This document shows positions 22,480 to 35,100 of a stretch of DNA of 64,000 nucleotides, piece by piece. Each line of letters begins with the position of its first letter. The first letter of the stretch is position 1. This DNA is from Macrostomum lignano (Eukaryota): contig NIVC01000175.1 in assembly GCA_002269645.1 (NCBI GenBank), positions 186,001-250,000 of the forward strand. Reading direction: 5' to 3'. The position numbers were made by a program, and so were the translations under genes. The notes beneath the pieces were generated by a model. It was not told the origin of the DNA. It saw only the letters and a program-made list of their open reading frames with translations, and did not search any database.

Positions 22480-22975
22480 CTCTTACCTCAGAATCTCTCA
22501 TTCCAGAATCTCTCATTCCAGAATCTCTCATTCCAGAGACTCTCACCTCAAAATCTCTCATTCTAGAGACTCTCACCTCAGAATCTCTCATTACAGAGAC
22601 TCTCACCTCAGAATCTCTCATTCCAGAGACTCTCACCTCAGAATCTCTCATTCCAGAGACTCTCACCTCAGAATCTCTCATTCCAGAGACTCTCACCTCA
22701 GAATCACTCATTCCAGAGACTCTCACCTCAGAATCTCTCATTCCAGAGACTCTCATCCCAGAATCTCTCATTCCAGGGACTCTCACCCCAAAATCTCTTT
22801 TCCCAGAGACTCTCACCTCAGAATCTCTCATTCCAGAGACTCTCACCTCAGAATCTCTCATTCCAGGAACTCTCACCTCAGAATCTCTCATTCCAGGGAC
22901 TCTCATCCCAAAATCTCTCATTCCAGAGACTCTCACCTAAGAATCTCTCATTCCAGGGACTCTCATCCCAAAATC
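22480..22975. repeat. 30-bp minisatellite (CAGAATCTCTCATTCCAGAGACTCTCACCT)n
   Basis: Visible directly; built from 15-bp sub-units. Confidence 0.9.
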
Positions 22976-23389
22976 TTTTTACCCCTTATTTTGGATTATT
23001 TTTTTACACATTTAATTTAATTTCTTTTCTGTCTGTCTGTCTTACTAGACAACCAATTTTAATCAGGTGACGATGGTAAGCTGTACGTATCATAATAATT
23101 CAATTGTCAAACTGTTAATTGTGGCATTTTGTATTGTCTAACGCTCGTAATGGTAGTTAGCAGTTTGCGATTCTTTCGAAAAAAATCCGTGCGTTGACGT
23201 TTGTCATAAATAAATTTATTAATTAAATTCAAAAATTTTGTGCTTAAGCTCTCAAGGATAACTCCTTGTACTCCAGTTACTCCAGTACAGTGGCGTAGTT
23301 AGTTAAATCTAAATTAAACCAAAGGAACCAAGGCTTGACGAATGAAAGGAGCTCAACTCTTGCCACCTCTCGGATCTGGTTTCCACCGG

Positions 23390-23755
23390 CACAGGAGACA
23401 GGGGTAGAGGTTCCAGAGACAGGGGTAGAGGTTCCAGAGACAGGGGTAGAGGTTCCAGAGACAGGGGTAGAGGTGCCAGAGACAGGGGTAGAGGTGCCAG
23501 AGACAGGGGTAGGGGTGCCAGAGACAGGGGTAGAGGTGCCAGAGACAGGGGCGCCCACCAAGAGACAGGGACACCCACCAAGAGACAGGGACACCCACCA
23601 AGAGACAGGGACACCCACCAAGAGACAGGGACACCCACCAAAAGACAGGGACACCCACCAAGAGACAGGGACACCCACCAAGAGACAGGGGTGCCCACCA
23701 AGAGACAGGGGTGCCCACCAAGAGACAGGGACACCCACCAAGAGACAGGGGTGCC
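23390..23755. repeat. Two adjoining 21-bp minisatellites sharing a GAGACAGGG core
   Basis: GAGACAGGGGTAGAGGTTCCA units switch to CCACCAAGAGACAGGGACACC-like units. Confidence 0.85.
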
Positions 23756-23864
23756 CACATTAAAATTGTTTAAATTGGCTTGAACTCGTCGCTGCACTAC
23801 AATCAGTAGGCCAAATTGAATTTTTAAACTGAAATTTTCGTTTTAATCAGGGACCACTAGAAGT

Positions 23865-24522
23865 TACCTCCCTCCTCTCCTCTCCCCTCCTCTCCTCTCC
23901 CTCCTCTCCTCTCCCTCCTCTCTCTCCCCTCCTCTCCTCTCCCTCCTCTCCTCTCCCTCCTCTCCTCTCCCCTCCTCTCCTCTCCCTCCTCTCCTCTCCC
24001 TCCTCTCCTCTCCTCCTCTCCTCTCCCTCCTCTCCTCTCCCCTCCTCTCCTCTCCCTCCTCTCCTCTCCCTCCTCTCCTCTCCCCTCCTCTCCTCTCCCT
24101 CCTCTCCTCTCCCTCCTCTCCTCTCCCTCCTCTCCTCTCCCTCCTCTCCTCTCCCCTCCTCTCCTCTCCCTCCTCTCCTCTCCCTCCTCTCCTCTCCCTC
24201 CTCTCCTCTCCCCTCCTCTCCTCTCCCCTCCTCTCCTCTCCCCTCCTCTCCTCTCCCCTCCTCTCCTCTCCCCTCCTCTCCTCTCCCTCCTCTCCTCTCC
24301 CTCCTCTCCTCTCCCTCCTCTCCTCTCCCCTCCTCTCCTCTCCCCTCCTCTCCTCTCCCCTCCTCTCCTCTCCCTCCTCTCCTCTCCCCTCCTCTCCTCT
24401 CCTCTCCTCTCCTCTCCCCTCCTCTCCTCTCCCCTCCTCTCCTCTCCCTCCCCTCCTCTTCTCTCCCCTCTTCTCTCCCCTCCTCTTCTCTCCCCTCCTC
24501 TTCTCTCCCCTCCTCTTCTCTC
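23865..24522. repeat. Polypyrimidine (CTCCT/CTC)n low-complexity tract
   Basis: Visible directly; similar tracts at ~28846-29170 and (reverse complement) ~33905-34180. Confidence 0.95.
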
Positions 24523-25230
24523 GTCATATCACAGAATATCACAAACCCGAAATATCACAAACCCGAAATATCCTAAACCCGAAATAGCATAAACCCGAAA
24601 TATCATAAACCCGAAATATCATAAACCCGAGATATCAAACCCGAAATATCATAAACCCGAAATAGCATAAACACGAAATAGCATAAACACGAAATATCAT
24701 AAAGCCGAAATATCACAAACCCGAAATATCATGAACCGAAATAGCATAAACCCGAAATATCAAACCCGAAATATCATAAACCCGAAATAGAATAAACACG
24801 AAATATCATAAACCCGAAATATCATAAACCCGAAATATCACAAACCCGAAATATCATAAACCCGAAATAGCATAAACCCGAAATATCAAACCCGAAATAT
24901 CATAAACCCGAAATAGCATAAGCTCGAAATATCAAACCCGAAATATCATAAACCCGAAATATCATAAACCCGAAATAGCATAAACCCGAAATATCAAACC
25001 CGAAATATCATAAACCCGAAATATCAAACCCGAAATAGCACAAACCCGAAATATCATAAACCCGAAATATCATAAACCCGAAATATCATAAACCCGAAAT
25101 ATCATAAACCCGAAATATCACAAACCCGAAATATCATAAACCCGAAATATCACAAACCCGAAATATCACAAACCCGAAATATCATAAACCCGAAATATCA
25201 CAAACCCGAAATATCACAAACCCGAAATTT
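24523..25230 (+). repeat. 16-bp array (AAACCCGAAATATCAT)n, probably the left arm of a foldback/MITE-like element
   Basis: Begins CGTCAT...CACAAACCCGAAA like the left end of the 29229-30153 element; no right arm seen. Confidence 0.75.
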
Positions 25231-25239
25231 CACAGAACA

Positions 25240-25950
25240 GAGCAGCAGGCTGAGGTCGCCGTGGGGCCGGAGGTTCCACTCGAGCCAAGGCTGGCTCGAC
25301 CAGTTCTTTTGCTGGTCCCGTGCTCGTGGCCCCCCAACCCCCACCCCCATCGCCGTTGTCACCACTCGGATCAACCAGTGGGTGGCTTCAAAGCATAGGG
25401 AGAGGTAGGCTGACGCCCCCGACTGCCGGCAATCCCACGCGGCTGTCCTGTCCTTCCTCCGCCCTGCGCAGGGCCCTGCTTGGACTCAACTGCAGGGACA
25501 TCAGGGCGGTGACCATGGCCCTCTCGGGTCATGGCTGCTTTGCCAGGCATCGCCACCTCCAGGAGAAAATCCGCAGTGAGGAATGCCCATTCTGCCTCTC
25601 CGGTGTCGAGAATGCGGAGCACTTCATCTGTGAATGCCTCGCCTTTACTCAGGACAGGCTCACCTACCTCGGCCCAAACCCGGACCTCTCCGACGTTTTA
25701 AGGCCCGAGAATCTCTGCCAGCTCGTCCGCTACCTAAGGGCTACCGGGCGAGCGACAATCCACCTCCTGGACTCCCCGGAGGGGGACCGCGCTGCGGACA
25801 CCGGCGCCACCGGAACTCCCTGCGCGACACCGCAGCATTAGACAACACCGCTGCATGCAGATGCTGGGACCCCCTGCAGCTCAGTCATGCAAGTCAAGTC
25901 AAGGGCCAGATAGATAAAAAATCTAAAGCACATGGCTGCGGGCCGTGAAG
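25240..25950 (+). mobile_element. 3' fragment of a non-LTR retrotransposon (LINE), post-RNase H / zinc-knuckle region
   Basis: ORF 25320-25841 has LSGHGCFARHRHL..CPFC...ENAEHFICECLAF (CCHC knuckle); a GAAGA-rich tail lies near 25947. Confidence 0.75.
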
Positions 25951-27777
25951 AGAAAGAAGACAGCTGAGAAAAGACACACGCCTTGAGCAGGCTGGATTGC
26001 TATTGTGAAGCTTCAAAGGACCCGGGGGCGGAAAGAGAGGCTTTTAGCCCCCATAGATGGTAGACTGAGGTTGGAATTGAGGACTTGCAGTGCCCACTCT
26101 TATACAATCGAAGCAATGTTTTCAGCGATCACTCGCGCAAATTGCAATGCCCAGGGCTTAAGACAGTAAGTCCTACGTTTATGAAGGCATCCAGAAGACG
26201 AATGTTTTAAGAGGCCAAACTTAAAGGCTGGAGAAATATTCGCTATGATTGAGTAGTTAGCCATTTTAATTCATGTTGAGCCATGGCTTGCAACATGGGC
26301 ACGCTTCCCATCTTGCTAAACTGGGCACATGTAGTGTGAGCATCTTTTGCGTGTATTTTGTTAGTTAATTGATTGTATTAGTTTCTATATTGTTAATTAT
26401 TATTTTGCTTCAATTTAGTCACGCGGTCTAATGTACTTTTTTCTTGTTAGTTAAAATCTAAATTTGTAAACAGTTTAGAAGTTAGACGCCAATTCTGTGA
26501 CTCAGCGGAGGGTTGAGTTTTTCTGCGAACCCCAGCTTTGCGCGGCCAGCCAATCAGAACCGGCCTGGACCCTGGCACGCGGCAAGTTCCAGTTCTACCC
26601 GGCGCCGCGGGCACAGTGCAAATCGGCTTAGCGGGCGGCCGGCCAGACGACCACCACCCGGCTTGAGGGGGAGGGGGTTTTGAGGGTTTGACTCTGACTA
26701 TATATGAAAGTGTGTTTGGCAATCAGATCTCACTTCTGTTTTTCCGTCCCCGGTTTTGATTTTTGTCCCGGCTTTCCGGCCGCTTGCCCTTGTTTTGGTT
26801 CGCGCTTTGAGGCGCTTGAGTTCATCACCCCCGGTCCATATTTTTGTCCCCGCCCGACCGCTTCAGTCTTGTAGCGTAACGTAGCGTAACTTCTGTCTGA
26901 AGTCATCGCTATCAAGCGCGGTTAAATAGAGACTGTCGGATCTGATCAAGTACGCGGCCTCGACCCCGAGGGCCTCAGTGTCACACTGAAGGGCAGCGCT
27001 GATAGAATTTAGTCAGTGCTCCGTTGAACGGTCAATTCGGCAGGGCTCTCGTTCGAGTGTAGGTTTTGGTTTAGGCCAGGGGTTAGGAGTCTTCTCCGTA
27101 GGCCCGTGTGCGGTTTCTTCTTCTTCAGCTGAGATCCGCTTGCCAGTTGCGTAATTAATTAGTTATTAATCGTTATTATCATCGGTGTCAATTTTATCTG
27201 CGCCGTGAATCGTATTAAGAACCCTGTAACTTTATATAACTTGTCAAATTAAATCGTCAAGTCAATTACTTATTAGCTATTCTCATTAGGATTATCACTC
27301 TCTAAATCTATTCGGTTCGTGTTCCATCGCGTTCTTTCTTTTCTTGTACTGTACCTGCGGCTATTGGAGAAAGACTGGTAGGACTCGCCGACCGGCGATA
27401 GGCGATTAGGGCCAATAGCTTTAAAATCTCTGAACGCTCCAAGTAGGTTTGTTTGTCTAGGGCCTAAATAATTGCTTATCGTGCATGCTATATACATTTA
27501 TTGTATCTATCAAACACATACAATATTTTCATCAAATAGCTCTATTGTCCAGCTTCTGTGGCAAGCAGTGAGAGATGAAGAAATGGAGACCAAATTAAAA
27601 AGCAGAGCTAGGCAATTCGCAGTCTGCGTGCCACGTAAAGAATTGCATCGAAAGCGTGCACGCGCGCTTGGTGCGTTTTAGAGAGAGTTGTTTATAAAAG
27701 CAGCTGACCCGAAGCAGCGCATTTCTGTTTCAATTAGGAAAGATTAAATTTTATTCAGGCCTCACAAAACCAAACAC

Positions 27778-27972
27778 ATGAAGATGTAACTTGGCATCGC
27801 ACTGCTGTTGACCCTGTTCCTGGTGTCCGAACTGGCAGCCAGCAACCAGTGGGAGCAGCCGGACGAGCCCGACACGCTTGACGCCCTCGCAAGCGTTATC
27901 AAACATTGTGAAACACGACTGAAAACTGTTTTTTATTTACAGGCTAACACCATACGGACTAATAGCAACTAA
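27778..27972 (+). pseudogene. Possible secreted-peptide gene or exon with an early stop codon
   Basis: MKM*LGIALLLTLFLVSELAASNQWEQPDEPDTLDALAS...: hydrophobic signal-peptide-like segment, TATAAAA at 27693-27699, TAA at codon 4. Confidence 0.3.
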
Positions 27973-28276
27973 AGTGCTATTACTAACAATTATAATAAAG
28001 TAATTTGTTCACTAAGTTATGTGAACACACGTATAGGCAGGGGGGGTTACTGTCTTTGTATTTTGCTTCCATCGCTAACATCAGAGATGGATTCATGTCT
28101 CTGGCGCCCTCCCTAAAGTGAATCCTGGCTACACACCTGCACATAGGGAGATCAAAAACCGTTCTTTTCTTTCATTGTTAGAAAGTTAAGATAGCTGTGT
28201 CAGAGTTCGTCTACTAATGAGTAGAAAGTATAGAATGTGACTCGAAAGATGTCAAAGAAATGGCGCCCATGACAGA

Positions 28277-28845
28277 GTGCGGAGTTTTAAAGTATCTAAG
28301 TATACGAGCGTAGTCTTCGGTGTCGAATACGGAGACTCGTTTGGTAGCCCGGAGAAACCGGGTGAGCCGTGGGATGTTCTCGGGCCGGCAAGCGTCGTTC
28401 AGGGACGGGTTGGGCCCGAGGTGGTTGAGCCGGTCTCAGTTGAAGGCCGGGCAGTGGCAGACGAAGTGCTTGGCGTCTTAGTTCTCAAGGTTGCAGAAGG
28501 GGCAGAGTTCGCTCAGCGGGCGCTTCGGAGGAAGCAGTGCCTGGCAAAGCAACCGTGACCCGTGAAGATCATAGTGAGAGCGCGGATATCTTTTCGATTT
28601 GGTTCAAAAGATTTTCTGCAGCTTGGGGGACGGGTTGGGCACTGCCGCACGGGATTTTGGCGGCAGTTGGAAATGCCATCCCATCTGCGCAGGTGCCAGG
28701 ATGTCCGCCCAGTCGTTAATCTGACGATTAATGACCGTGGCGGGGATGGGGGCCAGAGGCACGGGGCCAAGGAGCGAGCTGGAGCTACCCGTCTTAGCGA
28801 GGGAGTCAGCGAGCTCGTTACCTTTGAAACCAGCGTGTCCTGGGA
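28277..28845 (-). mobile_element. Degenerate LINE fragment (RNase H C-terminus plus CCHC), same family as 25240-25950, inverted
   Basis: VPGHAGFKGNELADSLAK (RNase H), LTMIFTGHGCFARHCFL and ELCPFC; frameshifted, and cut by the CT tract at 28846. Confidence 0.8.
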
Positions 28846-29228
28846 CCCTCCTCTTCTCTCCCCTCTTCTCTCCCCTCCTCTTCTCTCCCCTCCTCTTCTC
28901 TCCCCTCTTCTCTCCCCTCCTCTTCTCTCCCCTCCTCTTCTCTCCCCTCCTCTTCTCTCCCCTCTTCTCTCCCATCCTCTTCTCTCTCCTCCTCTCCCTC
29001 ATCTTCTCTCCCCTCCTCTTCTCTCCCCTCTTCTCCTCTCCCCTCCTCTCCTCTCCCCTCCTCTCCCCTCCTCTTCTCTCCCCTCCTCTCCTCTCCCCTC
29101 CTCTCCTCTCCCCTCCTCTCCCCTCTTCTCTCTCCTCTTCTCTCCCCTTCTCTTCTCTCCCCTCCTCTTCTAAATAGGAAGATTACTTAGAAACGTGTCT
29201 GTCTGCTCTGCTCTCTGTGTAAATTCAA

Positions 29229-30153
29229 GGGTCGTCATCACAAACCCGAAACATCACAGCTCCGAAAACACTTCCCATTATAAACCCGAAATATCATTAC
29301 TCCGAAAGATCTCGAACGCCCAATGGTTTTTGTTTTTCGGGTTTGTGATGTTTCGGGTTTATGATATTTCGGGTTTATGATATTTCGGGTTTATGATATT
29401 TCGGGTTTATGATATTTCGGGTTTATGATATTTCGGGTTTGTGATATTTCGGGTTTATGATATTTCGGGTTTATGATATTTCGGGTTTATGATATTTCGG
29501 GTTTATGATATTTCGGGTTTATGATATTTCGGGTTTATGATATTTCGGGTTTATGATATTTCGGGTTTATGATATTTCGGGTTTATGATATTTCGGGTTT
29601 ATGATATTTCGAGTTTATGATATTTCGGGTTTATGATATTTCGGGTTTATGATATTTCGGGTTTATGATATTTCGGGTTTATGATATTTCGGGTTTATGA
29701 TATTTCGGGTTTATGATATTTCGGGTTTATGATATTTCGGGTTTATGATATTTCGGGTTTATGATATTTCGGGTTTATGATATTTCGGGTTTATGATATT
29801 TCGGGTTTATGATATTTCGGGTTTATGATATTTCGGGTTTATGATATTTCGGGTTTATGATATTTCGGGTTTATGATATTTCGGGTTTATGATATTTCGG
29901 GTTTATGATATTTCGGGTTTATGATATTTCGGGTTTATGATATTTCGGGTTTATGATATTTCGGGTTTATGATATTTCGTGTTTATGATATTTCGGGTTC
30001 ATGATATTTCGGGTTTATGATATTTCGGGTTTATGATATTTCGGGTTTATGATATTTCGGGTTTATGATATTTCGGGTTTATGATATTTCGGGTTTATGA
30101 TATTTCGGGTTTATGATATTTCGGGTTTATGATATTTCGGGTTTGTGATGCCC
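29229..30153. mobile_element. Non-autonomous TIR (foldback/MITE-like) element with a long 16-bp sub-terminal array
   Basis: Left end GGGTCGTCATCACAAACCCGAAA; right end TTTCGGGTTTGTGATGCCC; (GATATTTCGGGTTTAT)n fills ~29340-30145. No TSD seen. Confidence 0.65.
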
Positions 30154-30772
30154 CCGCCCCCTCCAATACAAAGGACCTGGACCTGGCCGAGTTTAGCGTT
30201 TGGTTATGCCACCTTGATATCATGGCTGATCTCACATGAATTTGTCTCCAACTTTTGTAACAATAAACATGAATCAATTTTACACGGAGGAAAAACCGTT
30301 TAATCCTCCATCTTCACTGGATGGAGGGCTTTCATTTCAGGAGGTGCCATTCCGTTTTAGAGGGCGCCATTTCCATTGAGGAGCGCCATTTCATTTGAAA
30401 AGGCGCCATTTCGTTTGAGGGGGCGCCATTTAATTTGAGGGGGCGCCATTTAATTTGAGGGGGCGCCATTTCAGTTGAGGGGCACCATTTCATTTGAGAA
30501 AACGCCCTGCCATTTCAAGACATGCTCCAGACACCAACAACCCCCTTCCATGCACTCAGAACACTCAGCCCCAAATGAGCGCAGCCAATGAGGTTGAGTC
30601 TACTCAATCCCGGCCAACCCCGCTCACTCCCTGCACTCAAAGCCTCACGTAGGGCCAATAAAATCCCTCTTGAGCCATTTATTAACAAGAATCCCAACAA
30701 AAACAGCAACACGAGAGACTGTGGGAGTTCTGAGTTTTGTAGAAGACAAGAAAACAGAAATCAACTCCAATC

Positions 30773-32063
30773 ATGTTCGGCATGGAAGCCATTTTGAACG
30801 AATCTGACGACTGCAAACGTGCATCTGCCGCTCTACAGAAGAAACTTGACGAGCATCTAATTGATGAAGAAGAAGATGCTGTTGATGTTGAATTAGCCGA
30901 AGAGAATAACTCCGATAAGGAGTTGCCTGCGGTGCCAGCGACCGCCTCTGCTACTTCGACTGGAGCAGGACTCAAATTTGGAATGTCGGCAATTCTTGGC
31001 GAGTCAATGACGGCTCAATGTGAGTAGCAATTTAATTGATTTGTGCACCAATGCATAACAGGTAGCAGAATCTAACTGTATCTACCTAATAAACTACAAT
31101 CTACCTAATAAACTACCATCTACCTAATAAACTACCATCTACCTAATAAACTACCATCTACCTAATAGCACTACCATCTACCTAATAAACTACCATCTAC
31201 CTAATAAACTACCATCTACCTAATAAACTACCATCTACCTAATAAACTACCATCTACCTAATAGCACTACCATCTACCTAATAAACTACCATCTACCTAA
31301 TAAACTACCTTCTACCTAATAAACTACCATCTACCTAATAAACTACCATCTACCTAATAGCACTACCATCTACCTAATAAACTACCATCTACCTAATAGC
31401 ACTACCATCTACCTAATAAACTACCATCTACCTAATAAACTACCATCTACCTAATAAACTACCATCTACCTAATAAACTACCATCTACCTAATAAACTAC
31501 CATCTACCTAATAAACTACCATCTACCTAATAAACTACCATCTACCTAATAAACTACCATCTACCAAATAAACTACCATCTACCTAATAAACTACCATCT
31601 ACCTAATAAACTACCATCTACCTAATAAACTACCATCTACCTAATAAACTACCATCTACCTAATAAACTACCATCTACCTAATAAACTACCATCTACCTA
31701 ATAAACTACCATCTACCTAATAAACTACCATCTACCTAATAAACTACCATCTACCTAATAAACTACCATCCACCTGCTAAAAACTACAATCTACCAAATA
31801 AACTAAAATCTATCTGAAAAACGACAATCTAAAATCTTATCTAATAATCTAGAATATAGAATTCATACAATTATTCAATTTAAAATTTATCAAATCTATC
31901 TACCTTAAGTGCAACCAGACCTGCAATCTGTCTAACCACCCAGTACATACCGCTCAAAAAAACAATTTTCAGCCACTTCATCCTCTGCTGCGTTGCCGCC
32001 ACCGCCTCCCACACTTCTGCCACCTCTGCTATTCGCTGGAGACCTGAGACACCTCATGTTTCT

Positions 32064-32109
<46 letters not shown>

Positions 32110-35100
32110 CATCAGCAGCAACATATAGAGGCCGCTATCTACTTTGGAAACTTATTGCATGGTAAGAATCTCTTATGTTTGACTGTATACATAGTGCATG
32201 CATTATTTGTTACTGCATACTTTGGAATATTACTGAAACCCCTCCCAAAATATATGCAGGCGAAATGAAATGGCGCCCCTTATAATGGAATGGCGTCCCC
32301 CTCAAATGAAATGGCGCCCCCCTCAAATGAAATGGCGCCCCCCTCAAATGAAATGGCGCCCCCCTCAAATGGAATGGTGCCCCCATCAAATGGAATGGCG
32401 CCCCCTCAAATGGAACGGCGCCCCCTCAAATGAAATGGCGCCTCCAATCAAATGAAATGGCGCCCCCTCAAATGGAATGGCACCCCCCTCAAATGGAATG
32501 GCGCCCCCCTCAAATGGAATGCGCCCCCCTCAAATGGAATGGCGCCCCCCTCAAAAGGAATGGCGCCCCCCTCAAATAAAATGGCGCCCCCCTCAAATGG
32601 AATGGCGCCCCCCTCAAATGGAATGGCGCCCCCCTCAAATGAAATGGCGCTCCCCTCAAATGGAATGGCGCCTCCAATCAAATGAAATGACGCCCCAATC
32701 AAAACAAAATGGCGCCCCTCAACACCACTCGCACCCACTCCAATGAATATGTGGCATCACGAGTTGAATTTTACATATCTTACTTAAGACTGAGATAATA
32801 ATTTTAACAAGATCAACTCACAGATGCCTTCAGTTGGTGATTTTTATGAACAAATTTAAATTAGGCTATTCATACTCATGTATGAATTGATTGAGACAGC
32901 TTACAAGAATACTTGTATAACCCCAACCAAATGCAGTGATTTTGTGAAGTGCGGCCACTTATTGTCAATGCTATCATAATAATCCTACATAACATAGCTG
33001 GGGATTTCAAGTCCTTTGTCTTCAATTTGATTCTCCAACAGGGTTGGGCCGTTGAAGGGGGTCGTGTTGGTTAATTTTGTCTTAAGTATTACATCTATTA
33101 TAAGAACTCTGAGTCCTAACTGAATTGGACACTTAGGGTAAGAATGAATATGAAGTGTTCTCAAATCTTTTACGGTCGGGGAGCTAATTAAAACTGGAAT
33201 TTCTAACATTTCTATAACATCTATAAGGCAGTTGCACAATTCTAAATTCCTGTTATAACAAAAAAGTCAAAGACCTGTTCAAGCATTCCACTTCAATTGA
33301 AGGGCAGGGCGAGTCTGGTTTGAATAACCAATTAGTTGAAATTGTTAAAGTTGTGAATGATTCTAAATCGGTGAATAATAGCGAATGAAAAGAGGTGTCA
33401 AAAATTGTGGGCAAGTTTAATTGATGTTAAAATCTTTCAGCTAATCTAACAATTGAACTGGAATTAGAATGGCTGTCGAGAATGAATATTCAAATGGGAA
33501 AATTTCGCTTATAAAAGTGTCTAAATTCCGAGAGGGCATTGTCACGCGGTATAGTTCAGTTACAATGACTGGGATGTCTTGCTGACAATGGCTATAGTTG
33601 CATTGTGTTGTGTGCTGTGGTCAACTGCAGGCAGGCCACGTATCTCACACTTGGTGTCTAATTGATCCTTACACGATTGGTTGCGTAATCTCTATGAGGT
33701 AGTATATCTAGCATAATATTGTTGAGTTTGAGTCTGTTGTGTACACAGCTAATCTATATTTGTTTAAATTATAACCGTCTTAAATAGCGAAAGCATGCTT
33801 GGAAGATTCGTGTTGAGGTGGGACAGATGGTGCCAAATTTAGGTGATAATACTCTTTGTCATGACGACAAGATATTGTAGTTGTTAGCTGATGCTGTTTG
33901 AAAGAGGTTTGGGAAGAAAGAGAAAAGAGAGAATAGGAGAGGAGAGGAGAGGAGAGGAGAAGAGAAGAGAAGAGAGGAGAGAGAGGAGAGGTGAGGAGAA
34001 TAGAGGAAGGAAAGGAGAGGAGAGGAGAGGAGAGGAGAATAGAGGAAGGAAAGAAGAGGAGAGGAGAGGAGAGGAGAGGAGAAGAGAGGAGAGAGAGGAG
34101 AGGAGAAGAGAGGAGAGAGAGGAGAGGAGAGGAGAGGAGAGGAGATGAGAGAGAGGAGAGAGAGGAGAAGAGAGAGATGAGATAAGCTAAGTGAGACTCA
34201 CCAGCCGTCCCCAGCAACAGCCCCAGCGCAGTCTCTTTCACCCCATCCCTCACAAAACCCATCCGCAGGCGGCTGTCCCAGCCTGCCGCCGCTGCCTCCG
34301 CCACCTCACTCGATGTCAAGCGGCACCTCAGTTGGAGTCTCCATGCCGCCGAGCTCCGCCCTGGCAACCACAGCCATCGCCGAATCCGCTGCAAACTTCT
34401 ACCAGCCTCCGCATCAGCAGCCGCACCATCAGAGCCAGCATCCTCATCATCACCATCATCATCAGCAGCAGCAGCACTTTGCCATGCTTCAGCAGCACTG
34501 CGGAGCCGCTGCAGCCGCAGCTGCCGCCGCCGCGGCTGCCGCAGCATTTCGAGGCAAGCCGCGTCGCGGGATGCTCAGACGGGCGGTGTTCAGCGACCAG
34601 CAGCGGAAAGGCCTGGAGAAGATGTTCCAGCGGCAGAAGTACATCAGCAAGCCCGACAGGAAGAAGCTGGCTGACAAACTCGGATTGAAAGACTCACAGG
34701 TGAGTGCATAGAGAGAGACTTGCTCTTTGCGGAGGGTGATAAAAGTATCGGTGAAATTGCGATTATTTTGATTCTATTGAGTTCAGGGGCTAAGTTTTCA
34801 TGAGATGAAAAGGAATTGAAGTTTATTGCCAAAAGACTAGATTATAATGAGATTTGCGTGTGATTCAGGTAAGATTTAGGTGAGATTCGGGTGAGATTTG
34901 GGTGAGATGTGAGTGAAATTTGGGTGAGATTCGGATGAGATTCTTGGGAGATTTGTGTGAGATTTGGATGAGTTTCGTGGGAGATTTGGGTGAGATGTGA
35001 GTGAGATGTGTGTGAAATTTGGGTGAGATTCGGGTGAGATTTGAGGGAGATTTTGGTGAGATTTGTGTAAGATTCGGGTGAGATTTGTGTGAGATTCGGA

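Noticed and set aside
26440-27460. Possible LTR or 5' UTR of a retroelement
   Set aside because: It looks compositionally distinct, but I found no second copy, TG..CA ends, PBS or TSD.
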